Assembly: GCA_044226625.1 (NCBI GenBank)
Contig: JBGAGQ010000063.1
Coordinates: 1 to 36,355 of the forward strand
DNA from: Thermoanaerobaculia bacterium
GTDB lineage: Bacteria > Acidobacteriota > Thermoanaerobaculia > Multivoradales > UBA5704
Direction of reading: 5' to 3'
Length of the DNA stretch: 36,355 nucleotides
Below are positions 1 to 8,592 of this stretch, in pieces. The notes beneath the pieces were generated by a model. The model was not told the DNA's origin. It ran no database searches and worked only from the letters and a program-made list of their open reading frames with translations. The stretch's first letter is position 1; every line of letters begins with the position of its first letter. The translations under genes were made by a program, and so were the position numbers.

Positions 1-891
1 TAGGTGCTCGCGCGCCCAGGCGGCGAGGCCGCGCGACGGCGAGGACATCGAGACCAGGTAGTCGAACGCGTCGCCGCGCTGGATGTCGAGACACTGCGAA
101 ACGGGGCCGAGGCCGTGGGTCGGGTAGAGGTTGCCGTTTCGCGTCGTCGAGTGCCGCCAGCGCCAGAGCCCCTCGCTAGTCTGGGCGAGCTTGATCGCGC
201 GCAGGTCGTGGATGTAGGCGCCTTCGGCGTGGAGCAGCTCGCCGAGCAGGCCGCTCCGGACCATCTTGAGCACCATCATCTCGGACCGGCCGTAGCAGCA
301 GTTTTCCATCATCACGCAGTGGCGCAAGGTGGCCTCGGCCGTCTCGACCAGCTCCCAGCAGGCGTCCACGGTGTAGGCTGCGGGGACCTCGGTCGCCGCG
401 TGCTTGCCCGCCTTCATCGCCGCGAGGCAGACCGGAACGTGCCATTCCCAGGGCGTCGCGGTGAAGACCAGATCGAGGTCGGGGCGGTCGCACAGGCGCT
501 CGAAATCCCGCTCGCCGCGGGTGTAGAGCTCCGGTTTCTTCCGGCCCGCCGCCGCCACCCAACCGGCGACCTCCTCGGCGCGCGGCGCGTCGATGTCGCA
601 GACCGCGACGATCTCGCACCCCTCGATCTTCAGGAAGTTTTCGACGTGGCTCCCGCCCTGGAGGCCGACGCCCACCATGCCGATCCGGACCTGCGGAATC
701 GGTGGCGCCGCGAACCCGGCCGGCGCGGCGTACGGCCCGGGAATCGGTCGCGTCCCGTGGCCAGAAGCCGGTGCCGCCGCAGCGGATTCGGCCGCCAGGG
801 CAATCGGCACCGCGAGCCCTCCGCCGAGGCCGATCCCTAGGCCCCCGAGCAGCGTCCCTTTGAGAAACGTCCTGCGGTTCGGCTCGCTCAC
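1..891 (-). CDS. Gfo/Idh/MocA-family NAD-dependent glycoside hydrolase (GH109, alpha-N-acetylgalactosaminidase-like), Tat-exported; 3' end runs off the window
   Basis: Not in the ORF track; translated by hand from GTG 891 (RBS GAGGGGG). It reads MSEPNRRTFLKG (twin-Arg), VRIGMVGVGLQG (Rossmann), TPWEWHVPVC, GKHAATEVP, MMENCCY, GAYIHDLR and NLYPTHGLGPV, all GH109-type motifs. Confidence 0.85.
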   Translation of the reverse strand, partial: MSEPNRRTFLKGTLLGGLGIGLGGGLAVPIALAAESAAAAPASGHGTRPIPGPYAAPAGFAAPPIPQVRIGMVGVGLQGGSHVENFLKIEGCEIVAVCDIDAPRAEEVAGWVAAAGRKKPELYTRGERDFERLCDRPDLDLVFTATPWEWHVPVCLAAMKAGKHAATEVPAAYTVDACWELVETAEATLRHCVMMENCCYGRSEMMVLKMVRSGLLGELLHAEGAYIHDLRAIKLAQTSEGLWRWRHSTTRNGNLYPTHGLGPVSQCLDIQRGDAFDYLVSMSSPSRGLAAWAREHL

Positions 892-908
892 GGTTCTTCC
901 CCCTCGAA

Positions 909-2717
909 TCAGCTCGAAAATCCGGCGTCGATCTCGGTCAGTCGCTTCCAGGCGAACCAGAGCGCCACACCCGCCGCGATCGAGAGCGCCCCGAGCCCCA
1001 ACGCCGCGCCGGTCCGGCCGTAGAGCCAGGAGCCCAAGGCGAACAGCGAGGCGTACAGGGTGGCGCTTCCGGCAAGCATACAGACGATCCCCATCGGGAC
1101 CGGCCAGATCTCATGAGCCCGTGCGGGCGGGAGCTCGCCGCGCGCGCGGGCTTCTTCGACGACCCGGCGCCAGCCGGGTCCACCGGGGTGCGTCCGGCGA
1201 ACGAACTCGACCAGCGTCCGCTCGTCCGTCGGCGCGGTGAGGAACGTCGCGCCGAGCCAGCACGCGGTGGTCACGGCGACCCCGACGAGAATCTGTTGCC
1301 ATCCAGGCAGCGAGGTCGGGACGAACGTGAAGTACGCCGCGACCAGCCCAGAGGCGATCATCGCCACGATTTCGCTCCAGGCGTTGATCCGCCACCAGAA
1401 CCAACGAAGGATGAACAGGAGCCCCGTCCCGGCCCCGATCTGGAGCAGGATCTGGAACGCCTGGAGCGCGTTCTGGAGCCGCAAGGCGAGGAGCCCGGCG
1501 AGGATCATCAAGACCACCGTCGTCGCCCTTCCCACCCTTACCTGCTGCTTGTCCGTCGCCTCGGGCGCCATGAAACGGCGATAGAAGTCGTGGACGACGT
1601 AGGACGAACCCCAGTTCAGATGGGTGGAGATCGTCGACATGTACGCCGCGGCGAGCGAGCCGACCACCAGACCGAGCCAGCCGACGGGCAGGAAGGTGAG
1701 CATCGCGGGATAGGCCAGGTCGTTCTTGACCGAGGCGGGATCGAGGTGAGGGAACGCGCGCCGCAGCGACTCGAGATCGGGGAACACCACGAGCGAAGCG
1801 AGCGCGACGACGATCCACGGCCAAGGGCGCAGGACGTAATGAGCCAGGTTGAAGAAGAGGGTCGCCCCGGTCGCGTGCCCCTCGGTCTTCGCGGCGAGCA
1901 TGCGCTGCGCGACGTAGCCGCCGCCCCCCGGCTCGGAGCCCGAATACCAGGCGGCCCACCACTGCACCGCGAGCGGCATCACGAACAGCGGAACGTAGAC
2001 CGTCGGGTCGTCGAAGCGGGGAAGCAGGTCGAGCCGGCTCGCGACCGCCGGGTGGGCGAGCAGTTGTCGGAGCCCGCCGACCTGCGGGTGATGGAGGGCC
2101 GCGACCGCCGCCACCACGGCGCCGGTCATCGCGACCACGAATAGCAGGAAATCGGTGAGCAGGACGCTGGTAAGACCGCCTGCCCCGGTGACCACCACGG
2201 TGATCGCCGCGGCGATCGCGATGGTTTCGAGCGGCGACCATTGGAACATCACGCCGCCGATCTTGATCGCCGCGAGCGTCACCACCGCCATCACCACGAC
2301 GTTGAAAAACACGCCGAGGTAGAGCGCGCGGAAACCGCGCAGAAACGCCGCGGGCCGGCCGCTGTAGCGCAGCTCGTAGAGCTCCAGATCGGTGAGCACC
2401 CCGGAGCGCCGCCAGAGCCGGGCGTAGACGAACACGGTGAGCATGCCGGTCAACGCGAACGCCCACCAGGCCCAGTTGCCGGCGACGCCGCCGGTCCGCG
2501 TGATGTCGGTCACCAGGTTCGGCGTGTCGGTGGAGAACGTCGTGGCGACCATCGAGGTGCCGAGCAGCCACCAGGGCATCGAGCGGTTCGAGGCGAAATA
2601 CGCCGATGCGTCGGTGCCGCCCCGCCGGGCGCGCAGGAATCCCGGCGCCAGGCCGACGGCGAGGGTGATCGCGAAGTAGACGATCAGGAGGGTCCAGTCG
2701 AACGCATGAAAGATCAA
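909..2717 (-). CDS. Sodium:solute symporter (SSS/SLC5) family sugar transporter
   Basis: Many TM helices; motifs WWLLGTSMVATTFSTDTP, SEPGGGGYVAQRMLAAK and AAYMSTISTHLNWGSSY. The probable TTG start overlaps the upstream stop (TTGA) and has a GGAGGAG RBS. Confidence 0.9.
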   Translation of the reverse strand: MIFHAFDWTLLIVYFAITLAVGLAPGFLRARRGGTDASAYFASNRSMPWWLLGTSMVATTFSTDTPNLVTDITRTGGVAGNWAWWAFALTGMLTVFVYARLWRRSGVLTDLELYELRYSGRPAAFLRGFRALYLGVFFNVVVMAVVTLAAIKIGGVMFQWSPLETIAIAAAITVVVTGAGGLTSVLLTDFLLFVVAMTGAVVAAVAALHHPQVGGLRQLLAHPAVASRLDLLPRFDDPTVYVPLFVMPLAVQWWAAWYSGSEPGGGGYVAQRMLAAKTEGHATGATLFFNLAHYVLRPWPWIVVALASLVVFPDLESLRRAFPHLDPASVKNDLAYPAMLTFLPVGWLGLVVGSLAAAYMSTISTHLNWGSSYVVHDFYRRFMAPEATDKQQVRVGRATTVVLMILAGLLALRLQNALQAFQILLQIGAGTGLLFILRWFWWRINAWSEIVAMIASGLVAAYFTFVPTSLPGWQQILVGVAVTTACWLGATFLTAPTDERTLVEFVRRTHPGGPGWRRVVEEARARGELPPARAHEIWPVPMGIVCMLAGSATLYASLFALGSWLYGRTGAALGLGALSIAAGVALWFAWKRLTEIDAGFSS

Positions 2718-4048
2718 AGAATCTCCTCCGACCCCGACCGGTGGAGCGGGCGAGCGCCCTCCGCCGCGGGAGTCCATAAGAAACGAGAACGACCGGCGTG
2801 CGCCGGAAACGCGGAGTGGTAGGCCTCGCGCCACGATCCGAGAAACCGTTCGATCTCAACCTCGGCCACCATCGCCCACACGCTGCCGCCGAAACCCGCG
2901 CCGAAGGCGGAGGCGGACGAGGCCCCGAGCTGTCGAGCCGAGCGCGCGAGGAAGATCGTCTCGGGAATCTGATTGCCGAGCAGCCGGGCGCCCAGCTCCT
3001 GCGACCGGTCGACGATCTCGCCGAACGCGGCGAGATCCCCCCGCTCCAGCGCGTCGCCCGCGGCGGGGACTAGCTCCTCGCTTTCGACCAGAAAATGGTC
3101 GACGCGGGTGGCGTGGACGCCGTTCGAAGCTCCGAGCCTCGAGCGAAACGCATCGGGCAGCGCATCGAGCGTTCGGGCGCCGGCGCGAGCCGCGATCTCC
3201 GCCAGATGCCTTTCGGCACTCCCCGTCGTCTGTCGCCAGATTTCGGCCGCTTCTGAGGCCAGCCGCGAGGCGCGGTTGTAGCGCTCGCGCGCTCCGTCCG
3301 CCTTCGCGGCTTCGACGCCGCTCGAAGCGATCGCGAAGACCTGGCCGGACAGGATGGGAATTCGGCGCTCGAAGACCACCGGGGCGTACGATGCCTGGAG
3401 CAGCTCGGCCGGCCGGCAGCAGAGGATCGCCGTGTGGTCCTCGCTGCCGCCGAACGTGCCGACGCCGTGGTCGCCGGCGAACGGTCCGAACGGATAGCCG
3501 TTCTCGACCGCGCCGAGGTAACCGGCGAGCGCCTCGGGGCGAGAGAGATGCTCGCGGAATCGCGGGTCGGAGAAGAGATCCCGGCGGGTCGCGAGCGCGA
3601 GGAACGAGGTGACTACGAACGCGCTCGACGACGACATGCCGGCCGCCGTCGGCAGGTCGTTGGTGAACGACAGATCGAGCCCGAGATCCGCCCTCGGATC
3701 AACCGCGGGAAAGTCGCGCGCCAACCGCCGAGCCACGGCGAGCGGGTAGCGCGCCCAGCCGGACGACGAGGCCGCGTTGGCGTCGAGCGGAACAACGGCC
3801 TGGACGCCGCGGGTCGCGTCGAAAAGCCGCAACCGCCTCCCCGCCGCAGGCACCGCCACCGCGAGGAATCCCTGTCGGGTCGCGGCGAGTAGGCTGCGCC
3901 CTCCGGCATAGTCGGTGTGCTTCCCGAGCACCTCGATCCGCCCCGGAACGAACCAGCCCCAGGCAGGCGCGTCCTCCCCATGCCCCTCTGCCGCGAGCGC
4001 CCGCGTCGCCTGGGCTACAGAGGTCGAGAGATCGCCCAGGCAGGTCAT
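2714..4048 (-). CDS. Galactokinase-family (GHMP) sugar-1-kinase
   Basis: PGRIEVLGKHTDYAGG (galactokinase signature variant), LPTAAGMSSSSA (GHMP P-loop) and GAGFGGSV. Real start is ATG 4048; the upstream extension in the ORF track overlaps the next gene. Confidence 0.85.
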   Translation of the reverse strand: MTCLGDLSTSVAQATRALAAEGHGEDAPAWGWFVPGRIEVLGKHTDYAGGRSLLAATRQGFLAVAVPAAGRRLRLFDATRGVQAVVPLDANAASSSGWARYPLAVARRLARDFPAVDPRADLGLDLSFTNDLPTAAGMSSSSAFVVTSFLALATRRDLFSDPRFREHLSRPEALAGYLGAVENGYPFGPFAGDHGVGTFGGSEDHTAILCCRPAELLQASYAPVVFERRIPILSGQVFAIASSGVEAAKADGARERYNRASRLASEAAEIWRQTTGSAERHLAEIAARAGARTLDALPDAFRSRLGASNGVHATRVDHFLVESEELVPAAGDALERGDLAAFGEIVDRSQELGARLLGNQIPETIFLARSARQLGASSASAFGAGFGGSVWAMVAEVEIERFLGSWREAYHSAFPAHAGRSRFLWTPAAEGARPLHRSGSEEIL

Positions 4049-4065
4049 CGCGTTCGGATCCGTTC

Positions 4066-4887
4066 TCAGATCTCCACGGTCCGGCCGCGGAGCTGCTCTT
4101 CGAGGTAGGGCACGTCGGATCGGTCCGTGAGATCGAGCATCGGCTCGGGCGAGACGATCACCCGAAACCGCGCGCCGGCCGCGATGAGCCCGGCCACTGC
4201 GCTCGGCAGCTCCAGCTCGCCGCGCGGCGACGGTCGCACGGTGCGGCAAGCGGCGAAGATCTCGGGCTCGAAGCGAAACGCGTTGATCCCGGCGAGGTAG
4301 ATCTCGCCGCTCGCGACCCGCGCGGTGTACTCCTCCGGCGGGGGCTTTTCGACGATCGCGGTCATGTAGCCGTCGGCATCGCATTCGATGCGCGCGAAGC
4401 TCGCGAACTTTTCGGACGTCAGATTCGGGCCGCCACGCGCCAAGACCTGCCCGCGATCGAGCACCAGATGCGCCCAGCCCGAAGCCTCCGCCAGCTCTCG
4501 GAGCGGGGCGACGGGGTAGAGGTTGTCGCCGTTCACCATGAGGAACGGAGCGTCCCTCGCGAACGCTTCGGCGGTGAGGAGCGCATCCGCCGTCCCCCGC
4601 GGCACGGCCTGAACGGCCGTCTCGATCGTCAGTCGCCGTGGCCGCAAGCTCGCGAGATGAGCGCCGAGCCCCTCGGAGTGCGGGCCAAGGACGACGAGCA
4701 CCCGCCGAATGCCGATCTCGGCGAGAGTGGAAAGCGCATGGTCGATCAGGCGGAATCGACCGAGCGGCATCAGAGGTTTGAGCCCCGCCTCGGCGACGGC
4801 CGTCTGCTCCGAAGAGAGCTGAACGGCAGGCTGCGCCAAGGCCAACCGCGAACCGCGGCCGGCGGCCAAGAGGACGGCTCGTTCCAT
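4066..4887 (-). CDS. Sugar-phosphate nucleotidyltransferase (NTP_transferase family), full-length copy
   Basis: AVLLAAGRGSRL, KPLMP, GTADA, MVNGDNLY, VEKP and SPRGELEL motifs of RmlA/GlmU-like NTP transferases. Confidence 0.9.
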   Translation of the reverse strand: MERAVLLAAGRGSRLALAQPAVQLSSEQTAVAEAGLKPLMPLGRFRLIDHALSTLAEIGIRRVLVVLGPHSEGLGAHLASLRPRRLTIETAVQAVPRGTADALLTAEAFARDAPFLMVNGDNLYPVAPLRELAEASGWAHLVLDRGQVLARGGPNLTSEKFASFARIECDADGYMTAIVEKPPPEEYTARVASGEIYLAGINAFRFEPEIFAACRTVRPSPRGELELPSAVAGLIAAGARFRVIVSPEPMLDLTDRSDVPYLEEQLRGRTVEI

Positions 4888-4938
4888 CGGGCTCCCGTCG
4901 AGAAGAGAAGTGGTGGAAGTGTAGCGGATGCGGCTTCG
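4288..4938 (-). repeat. Copy 1 of the triplicated nucleotidyltransferase promoter/5' region
   Basis: Aligns by eye with 5895-6540 (first 200 codons plus leader) and with 8459-8525 (leader plus first codons). Shared core is gaggacggctcgttcc(a/t)tcgggctcccgtcgaga; -10-like TACACT at 4918-4923 (minus). Confidence 0.9.
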
Positions 4939-5035
4939 TGCCCGAAGAGGCGCCAACCGTGATGCGAAGTCGCTTTCTGCTCCAGATTGCGGGAAGGGCG
5001 TAGAATCCCCAGAGGTCAGCCTCGACGGAGAAACC

Positions 5036-5347
5036 ATGCCCGCAATCACCCAATCCGAGCCAACCGAGAGGATTTCCCTCGAAGCGCCGTCTTCGGTCGT
5101 GAGGGAGCTGCCTCGCGACCCGGAAGAGCGCGCTGAAATTCTCCGCTTGGGCCTTCGCGAGTGGAAGATTCTGAAGGCATTGGAAGCTTATCGGAGGGGA
5201 GAGGGCACCCTTGCGTATGCCGCTCAACGTGCCGGGATTTCGCTTTGGGAGATCGGTGCGGTTGCTCACGCCCACGGGTTAGATCCAGATTTCGACTCCC
5301 GACTCCTTGAAGGCGAAAGGACCTTGGAGCGGGCCTCTCTCCTGTGA
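5036..5347 (+). CDS. UPF0175-family antitoxin (HTH)
   Basis: 103 aa with ALEAYRRGEGTLAYAAQRAGISLWE, typical of UPF0175. GGAG RBS and TAGAAT -10 at 5001-5006; the stop overlaps the PIN gene start (GTGA). Confidence 0.75.
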   Translation: MPAITQSEPTERISLEAPSSVVRELPRDPEERAEILRLGLREWKILKALEAYRRGEGTLAYAAQRAGISLWEIGAVAHAHGLDPDFDSRLLEGERTLERASLL

Positions 5348-5871
5348 TTGTCGTTTCAGATTCCGGACCCCTGATCGCATTAGCCAAGATCGACGCCTTG
5401 TCGGTCCTCTTCGGGCTCTACTGCGAAGTTCTTATCCCTCCTTCGGTTCTGGAGGAGACCGTGGGCGCAGGCTTGCGGCTTGGAGTCGTGGACGCACAGG
5501 CGGTAGAAACATTCCATTCCGCTGGCAAACTACGCGTCGTTGCCGTTCGGCCATAGACGATCAAGCTTCCCGAAGAGATCGACCTCGGAGAGCGGGACGG
5601 GATCCTTCTCGCGCTTCAGGAACAGGCAGATTGGCTTCTGGTCGACGATCTCCGCGGACGGAATCTGGCCGAGGAGGTCTTCTCGGATCAACGGGCGAAG
5701 ACCCGCATTCGAGGTACTTTGGGCCTGCTGGTCGAGGCTTTCCGAGAAGGCGTTCTCTCTCAGATGGAGACCCTCGATCGGTTGCGTTCTCTCGAGGCCC
5801 ACCCCGAGATCTGGCTTCACAAGAGTCTCATTGAGTGGGCGATCGGAACGGTTTCGAAGCAGTCAGGCTGA
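5344..5871 (+). pseudogene. DUF3368-type PIN-domain (VapC-like) toxin interrupted by an in-frame TAG
   Basis: MIVVSDSGPLIALAKID...IPPSVLEE; TAG at 5554-5556; the same frame continues IDLGERDGILLALQEQADWLLVDDLRGR...RGTLGLLVEA to TGA 5869-5871. Confidence 0.8.
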
Positions 5872-5891
5872 ACAGGCCCTGGCGAGGGTGG

Positions 5892-6494
5892 TCACCCGGC
5901 GAAGTCGGTCGCGGCGCTAGCGATCCGCGCGGCCTGCTCCTCGGCCGGGGGTTTCTCGACGATCGCGGTCATGAAGCCGTCGGCGTCGCATTCGATGCGC
6001 GCGAAGGTTGCGAATTTTTCGGACGTCAGATTCGGGCCGCCTCGCGCCAGGACCTGCCCGCGATCGAGCACCAAGTGCGCCCAGCTCGAAGCCTTCGCTA
6101 GCTCGCGGAGCGGTGCGACGGGGTAAAGGTTGTCGCCGTTCACCATCAGGAACGGGGAGTTCGCCGTGAACGCTTCGGCGGTGAGGAGGGCATCCGCCGT
6201 TCCGCTCGGCGTGGCCTGTATGGCCGTCTCGAGGGCCAGCCGACGAGGGCGCAAGCTCGCGAGATAAGCGCCGAGCGGCCCGGAGTGCGGGCCGAGGACG
6301 ACAAACACCCTGCGGATACCAATCTCGGCAAGTGTGGAAAGCGCGTGGTCGATCAGGCGAAATTGAACGAGCGGCATCAACGGTTTGAGCCCCGCCTCGG
6401 TGACGGCCGTCTGCTCCGGAGAGAGGTGAACGCCAGGCTGCTCCAAGGCCAACCCCGAACCGCGGCCGGCGGCCAAGAGGACGGCTCGTTCCAT
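5892..6494 (-). pseudogene. 3'-truncated diverged second copy of the nucleotidyltransferase (codons 1-200 only)
   Basis: About 85% aa identity to 4066-4887 by manual count. It stops after ...FAG, lacks the C-terminal ~73 aa, and the signature GRGSRL is changed to GRGSGL. Confidence 0.85.
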
Positions 6495-6617
6495 CGGGCT
6501 CCCGTCGAGAATAGGTAGGAGGAGTCTAGCGGATCGGCTCGGCCCTTTTGGATTTATGTGGTGTGAGGTTTTCGCCGAAAATTTTCGCGTAAAGCCCACC
6601 GCGAGGAGGATTGCCCC

Positions 6618-6917
6618 ATGCTCTTCATGGTCATCGAACGCTTCCGAGACGACGACATGATCCCGGTCTATCGACGCGTCCGCGACGTCGGACGCCAGCT
6701 TCCCGAAGGTCTCAAGTAAGTCGATAGTTGGGTGGAGCCGAGCTTCGGACGCTGCTTTCAGCTCATGGAATGCGACGATCTGCGACTCTTGCAGGAGTGG
6801 GTGCTCTCGTGGCGAGGTGCGGGGGTGACCTTCGAGATCGTTCCCGTCGTCCCGAGCCAAGATACGCGCGAGGTCGTGGCGCCGTTCCTGGAACCAAACG
6901 AAGCGGAGCCCACATGA
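6618..6917 (+). pseudogene. DUF3303-family small protein with an in-frame TAA
   Basis: RBS GAGGAGG, then MLFMVIERFRDDDMIPVYRRVRDVGRQLPEGLK*VDSWVEPSFGRCFQLMECDD...FEIVPVV. TAA at 6717-6719 sits where a Tyr codon would be expected. Confidence 0.75.
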
Positions 6918-6982
6918 CCTTTAGCAAGCTTCCTCACGTCAGTCGTAATCGCGATCCTATTGATCGGAAACGAGTTGAAAGA

Positions 6983-7633
6983 CTAGCCCTGTATTGTTCG
7001 TCCAGATGCCAATAGCTCGCGGACTTGATCTATAGTGAGCGGAGGATTCTGCAAATGGATCACCCGGTGGCAATTGGCACAGAGAATCGCGAGGTCTTCC
7101 AGGCTGGTGGTGGCAAAATCCTCAACCTCAGACAGAGGGACGAGGTGGTGAACCTCGCAATAGGCGCCAGCCAATTCACCGTAAGCGCTTTTGAACGAGA
7201 AGCCGCATGCCTCGCAGTCGAGAGATAATGCCTGTCGCTTCTTTCGACGAACGATCTCTTGGTTGCGTTCGCGTTGCAGGTGTAGAACTAACCTGCGCCC
7301 CCCCTCCGTGGCGAGGGTTCCATGGATGTCCACGTCGAGATCAGTGAATGCGTTGGGGGAGATCACGCGCACGTAACCAGGGATCGCGGAGATACCGGGC
7401 TTTCGAACGCTGATCTGTTTGCCGATCCTAATCTGCGGAGAAGTCCGATACTCGTCCTCAGTCGCGAATAGCACGTACCCGTGGGCATCGAAGAGCGCGG
7501 CGGGAAAGCGCGCGAGCCTGGCATACCAGTGGCCGTCGTGACTGAAACGAGACTGGATCGCGCCGACACCCCATTCTTCGTTGAGACTCTGGGCTCTGGT
7601 CCTGTTCAGTGCAGCCTTTGTTCTTCTATCCAT
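6983..7633 (-). CDS. McrA-like HNH endonuclease with an uncharacterised N-terminal domain
   Basis: EGGRRLVLHLQRERN, CEACGF, EVHHLVPLS and LCANCHRVIH. Visibly lower GC than flanks; TATACT -10 upstream. Confidence 0.85.
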   Translation of the reverse strand: MDRRTKAALNRTRAQSLNEEWGVGAIQSRFSHDGHWYARLARFPAALFDAHGYVLFATEDEYRTSPQIRIGKQISVRKPGISAIPGYVRVISPNAFTDLDVDIHGTLATEGGRRLVLHLQRERNQEIVRRKKRQALSLDCEACGFSFKSAYGELAGAYCEVHHLVPLSEVEDFATTSLEDLAILCANCHRVIHLQNPPLTIDQVRELLASGRTIQG

Positions 7634-7708
7634 ATCTGTCGTGGTTCGACCTAGAGTATAAGGTCGCCTGATGCTTTGCCGGCTCATAGAGTGTTTCCGG
7701 ACAATCAC

Positions 7709-8437
7709 ATGATCGCGATTGAGAAACGAGAGGTCCAGTTCGTCTGCCTTGTTTTCCTGGTGCTCGGGCTCGGGATCTCGGGATCGGCAGAGGCGAGCCC
7801 GCCGAAGGTCGGGGAGCCCGAACGGGTTTCGTTCCCTACCTCCGACGGCGGGACCGTCTTTGCGAATCTCTATGGCAACGGCGCCCGCGGCGTCGTGCTC
7901 GCGCATGGTGGGCGGTTCAATAAGGAGAGCTGGGATGCCCAGGCGAAGGATCTCGCGACGGCGGGGTTCCGCGCGTTGGCGATCGACTTTCGCGGCTACG
8001 GCCAATCGCGCGGACCCGGCTCGGACGACCCGCTGAGCGCGCCTCTTTATCAGGACGTTCTCGCCGCCGTTCGCTTCCTTCGCGGGCGAGGTTGCAAGGC
8101 GATCTCGGTCCTCGGCGGAAGCATGGGAGCGGGAGCCGCGGCCGACGCGGCGGTCGAAAGCCGGCCGGGCGAGATCGATCGAATCGTCCTGCTCGCCGGG
8201 CATGGCAGCCTTCCACCCCAGAAGATGAAAGGGCGCAAGCTGTTCATCCTCGCCCGGGACGACAAGATGGTCTCGGGGGTGCCCCGTCTGGTCGAGATCC
8301 GCAAGCACTACGACCGGTGCCCCGCGCCAAAGCAGCTAATCCTTCTGGAAGGCTCCGCGCACGCGCAGTTCCTTTTCGAGACCGATGAGACCGGCCGGCT
8401 GTGGCGCGAGATCTTGCGCTTTCTCGAGGCGCCTTGA
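7709..8437 (+). CDS. Secreted alpha/beta-fold hydrolase
   Basis: Signal-peptide-like N-terminus, VVLAHGG, DFRGYGQS, nucleophile elbow GGSMG and C-terminal GSAHAQ His. Confidence 0.85.
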   Translation: MIAIEKREVQFVCLVFLVLGLGISGSAEASPPKVGEPERVSFPTSDGGTVFANLYGNGARGVVLAHGGRFNKESWDAQAKDLATAGFRALAIDFRGYGQSRGPGSDDPLSAPLYQDVLAAVRFLRGRGCKAISVLGGSMGAGAAADAAVESRPGEIDRIVLLAGHGSLPPQKMKGRKLFILARDDKMVSGVPRLVEIRKHYDRCPAPKQLILLEGSAHAQFLFETDETGRLWREILRFLEAP

Positions 8438-8458
8438 ACCTAAGGTCCGGGCAATGTC

Positions 8459-8525
8459 GAGGACGGCTCGTTCCTTCGGGCTCCCGTCGAGAGGTGGCGG
8501 CAGGTTTCTAACGGATGCGGCTTCG
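8459..8525 (-). repeat. Third, short remnant of the nucleotidyltransferase promoter/5' end
   Basis: Matches 4870-4938. Reads DGSP-K-ERAVL with the ATG mutated to AAG; shares cggatgcggcttcg with copy 1. Confidence 0.85.
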
Positions 8526-8592
8526 CCTCCTAATGTACCTGCCAGTTTTTGCGGAGAAAACGGGGATGAAGCTCGAGCCGGTCGCGTCGCAC

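Noticed and set aside
4049-5275. 853-aa ORF suggesting a long N-terminal extension or fusion on the galactokinase
   Set aside because: The extension is an alternate frame over the nucleotidyltransferase and antitoxin; kinase homology begins near 4048. The same applies to the extended ORFs for dapD, lysC, the DUF92 fusion and the HNH gene.
5554-6719. Alternative genetic code or stop-codon reassignment
   Set aside because: The two internal stops differ (TAG, TAA), and both codons terminate normal genes elsewhere in the window.
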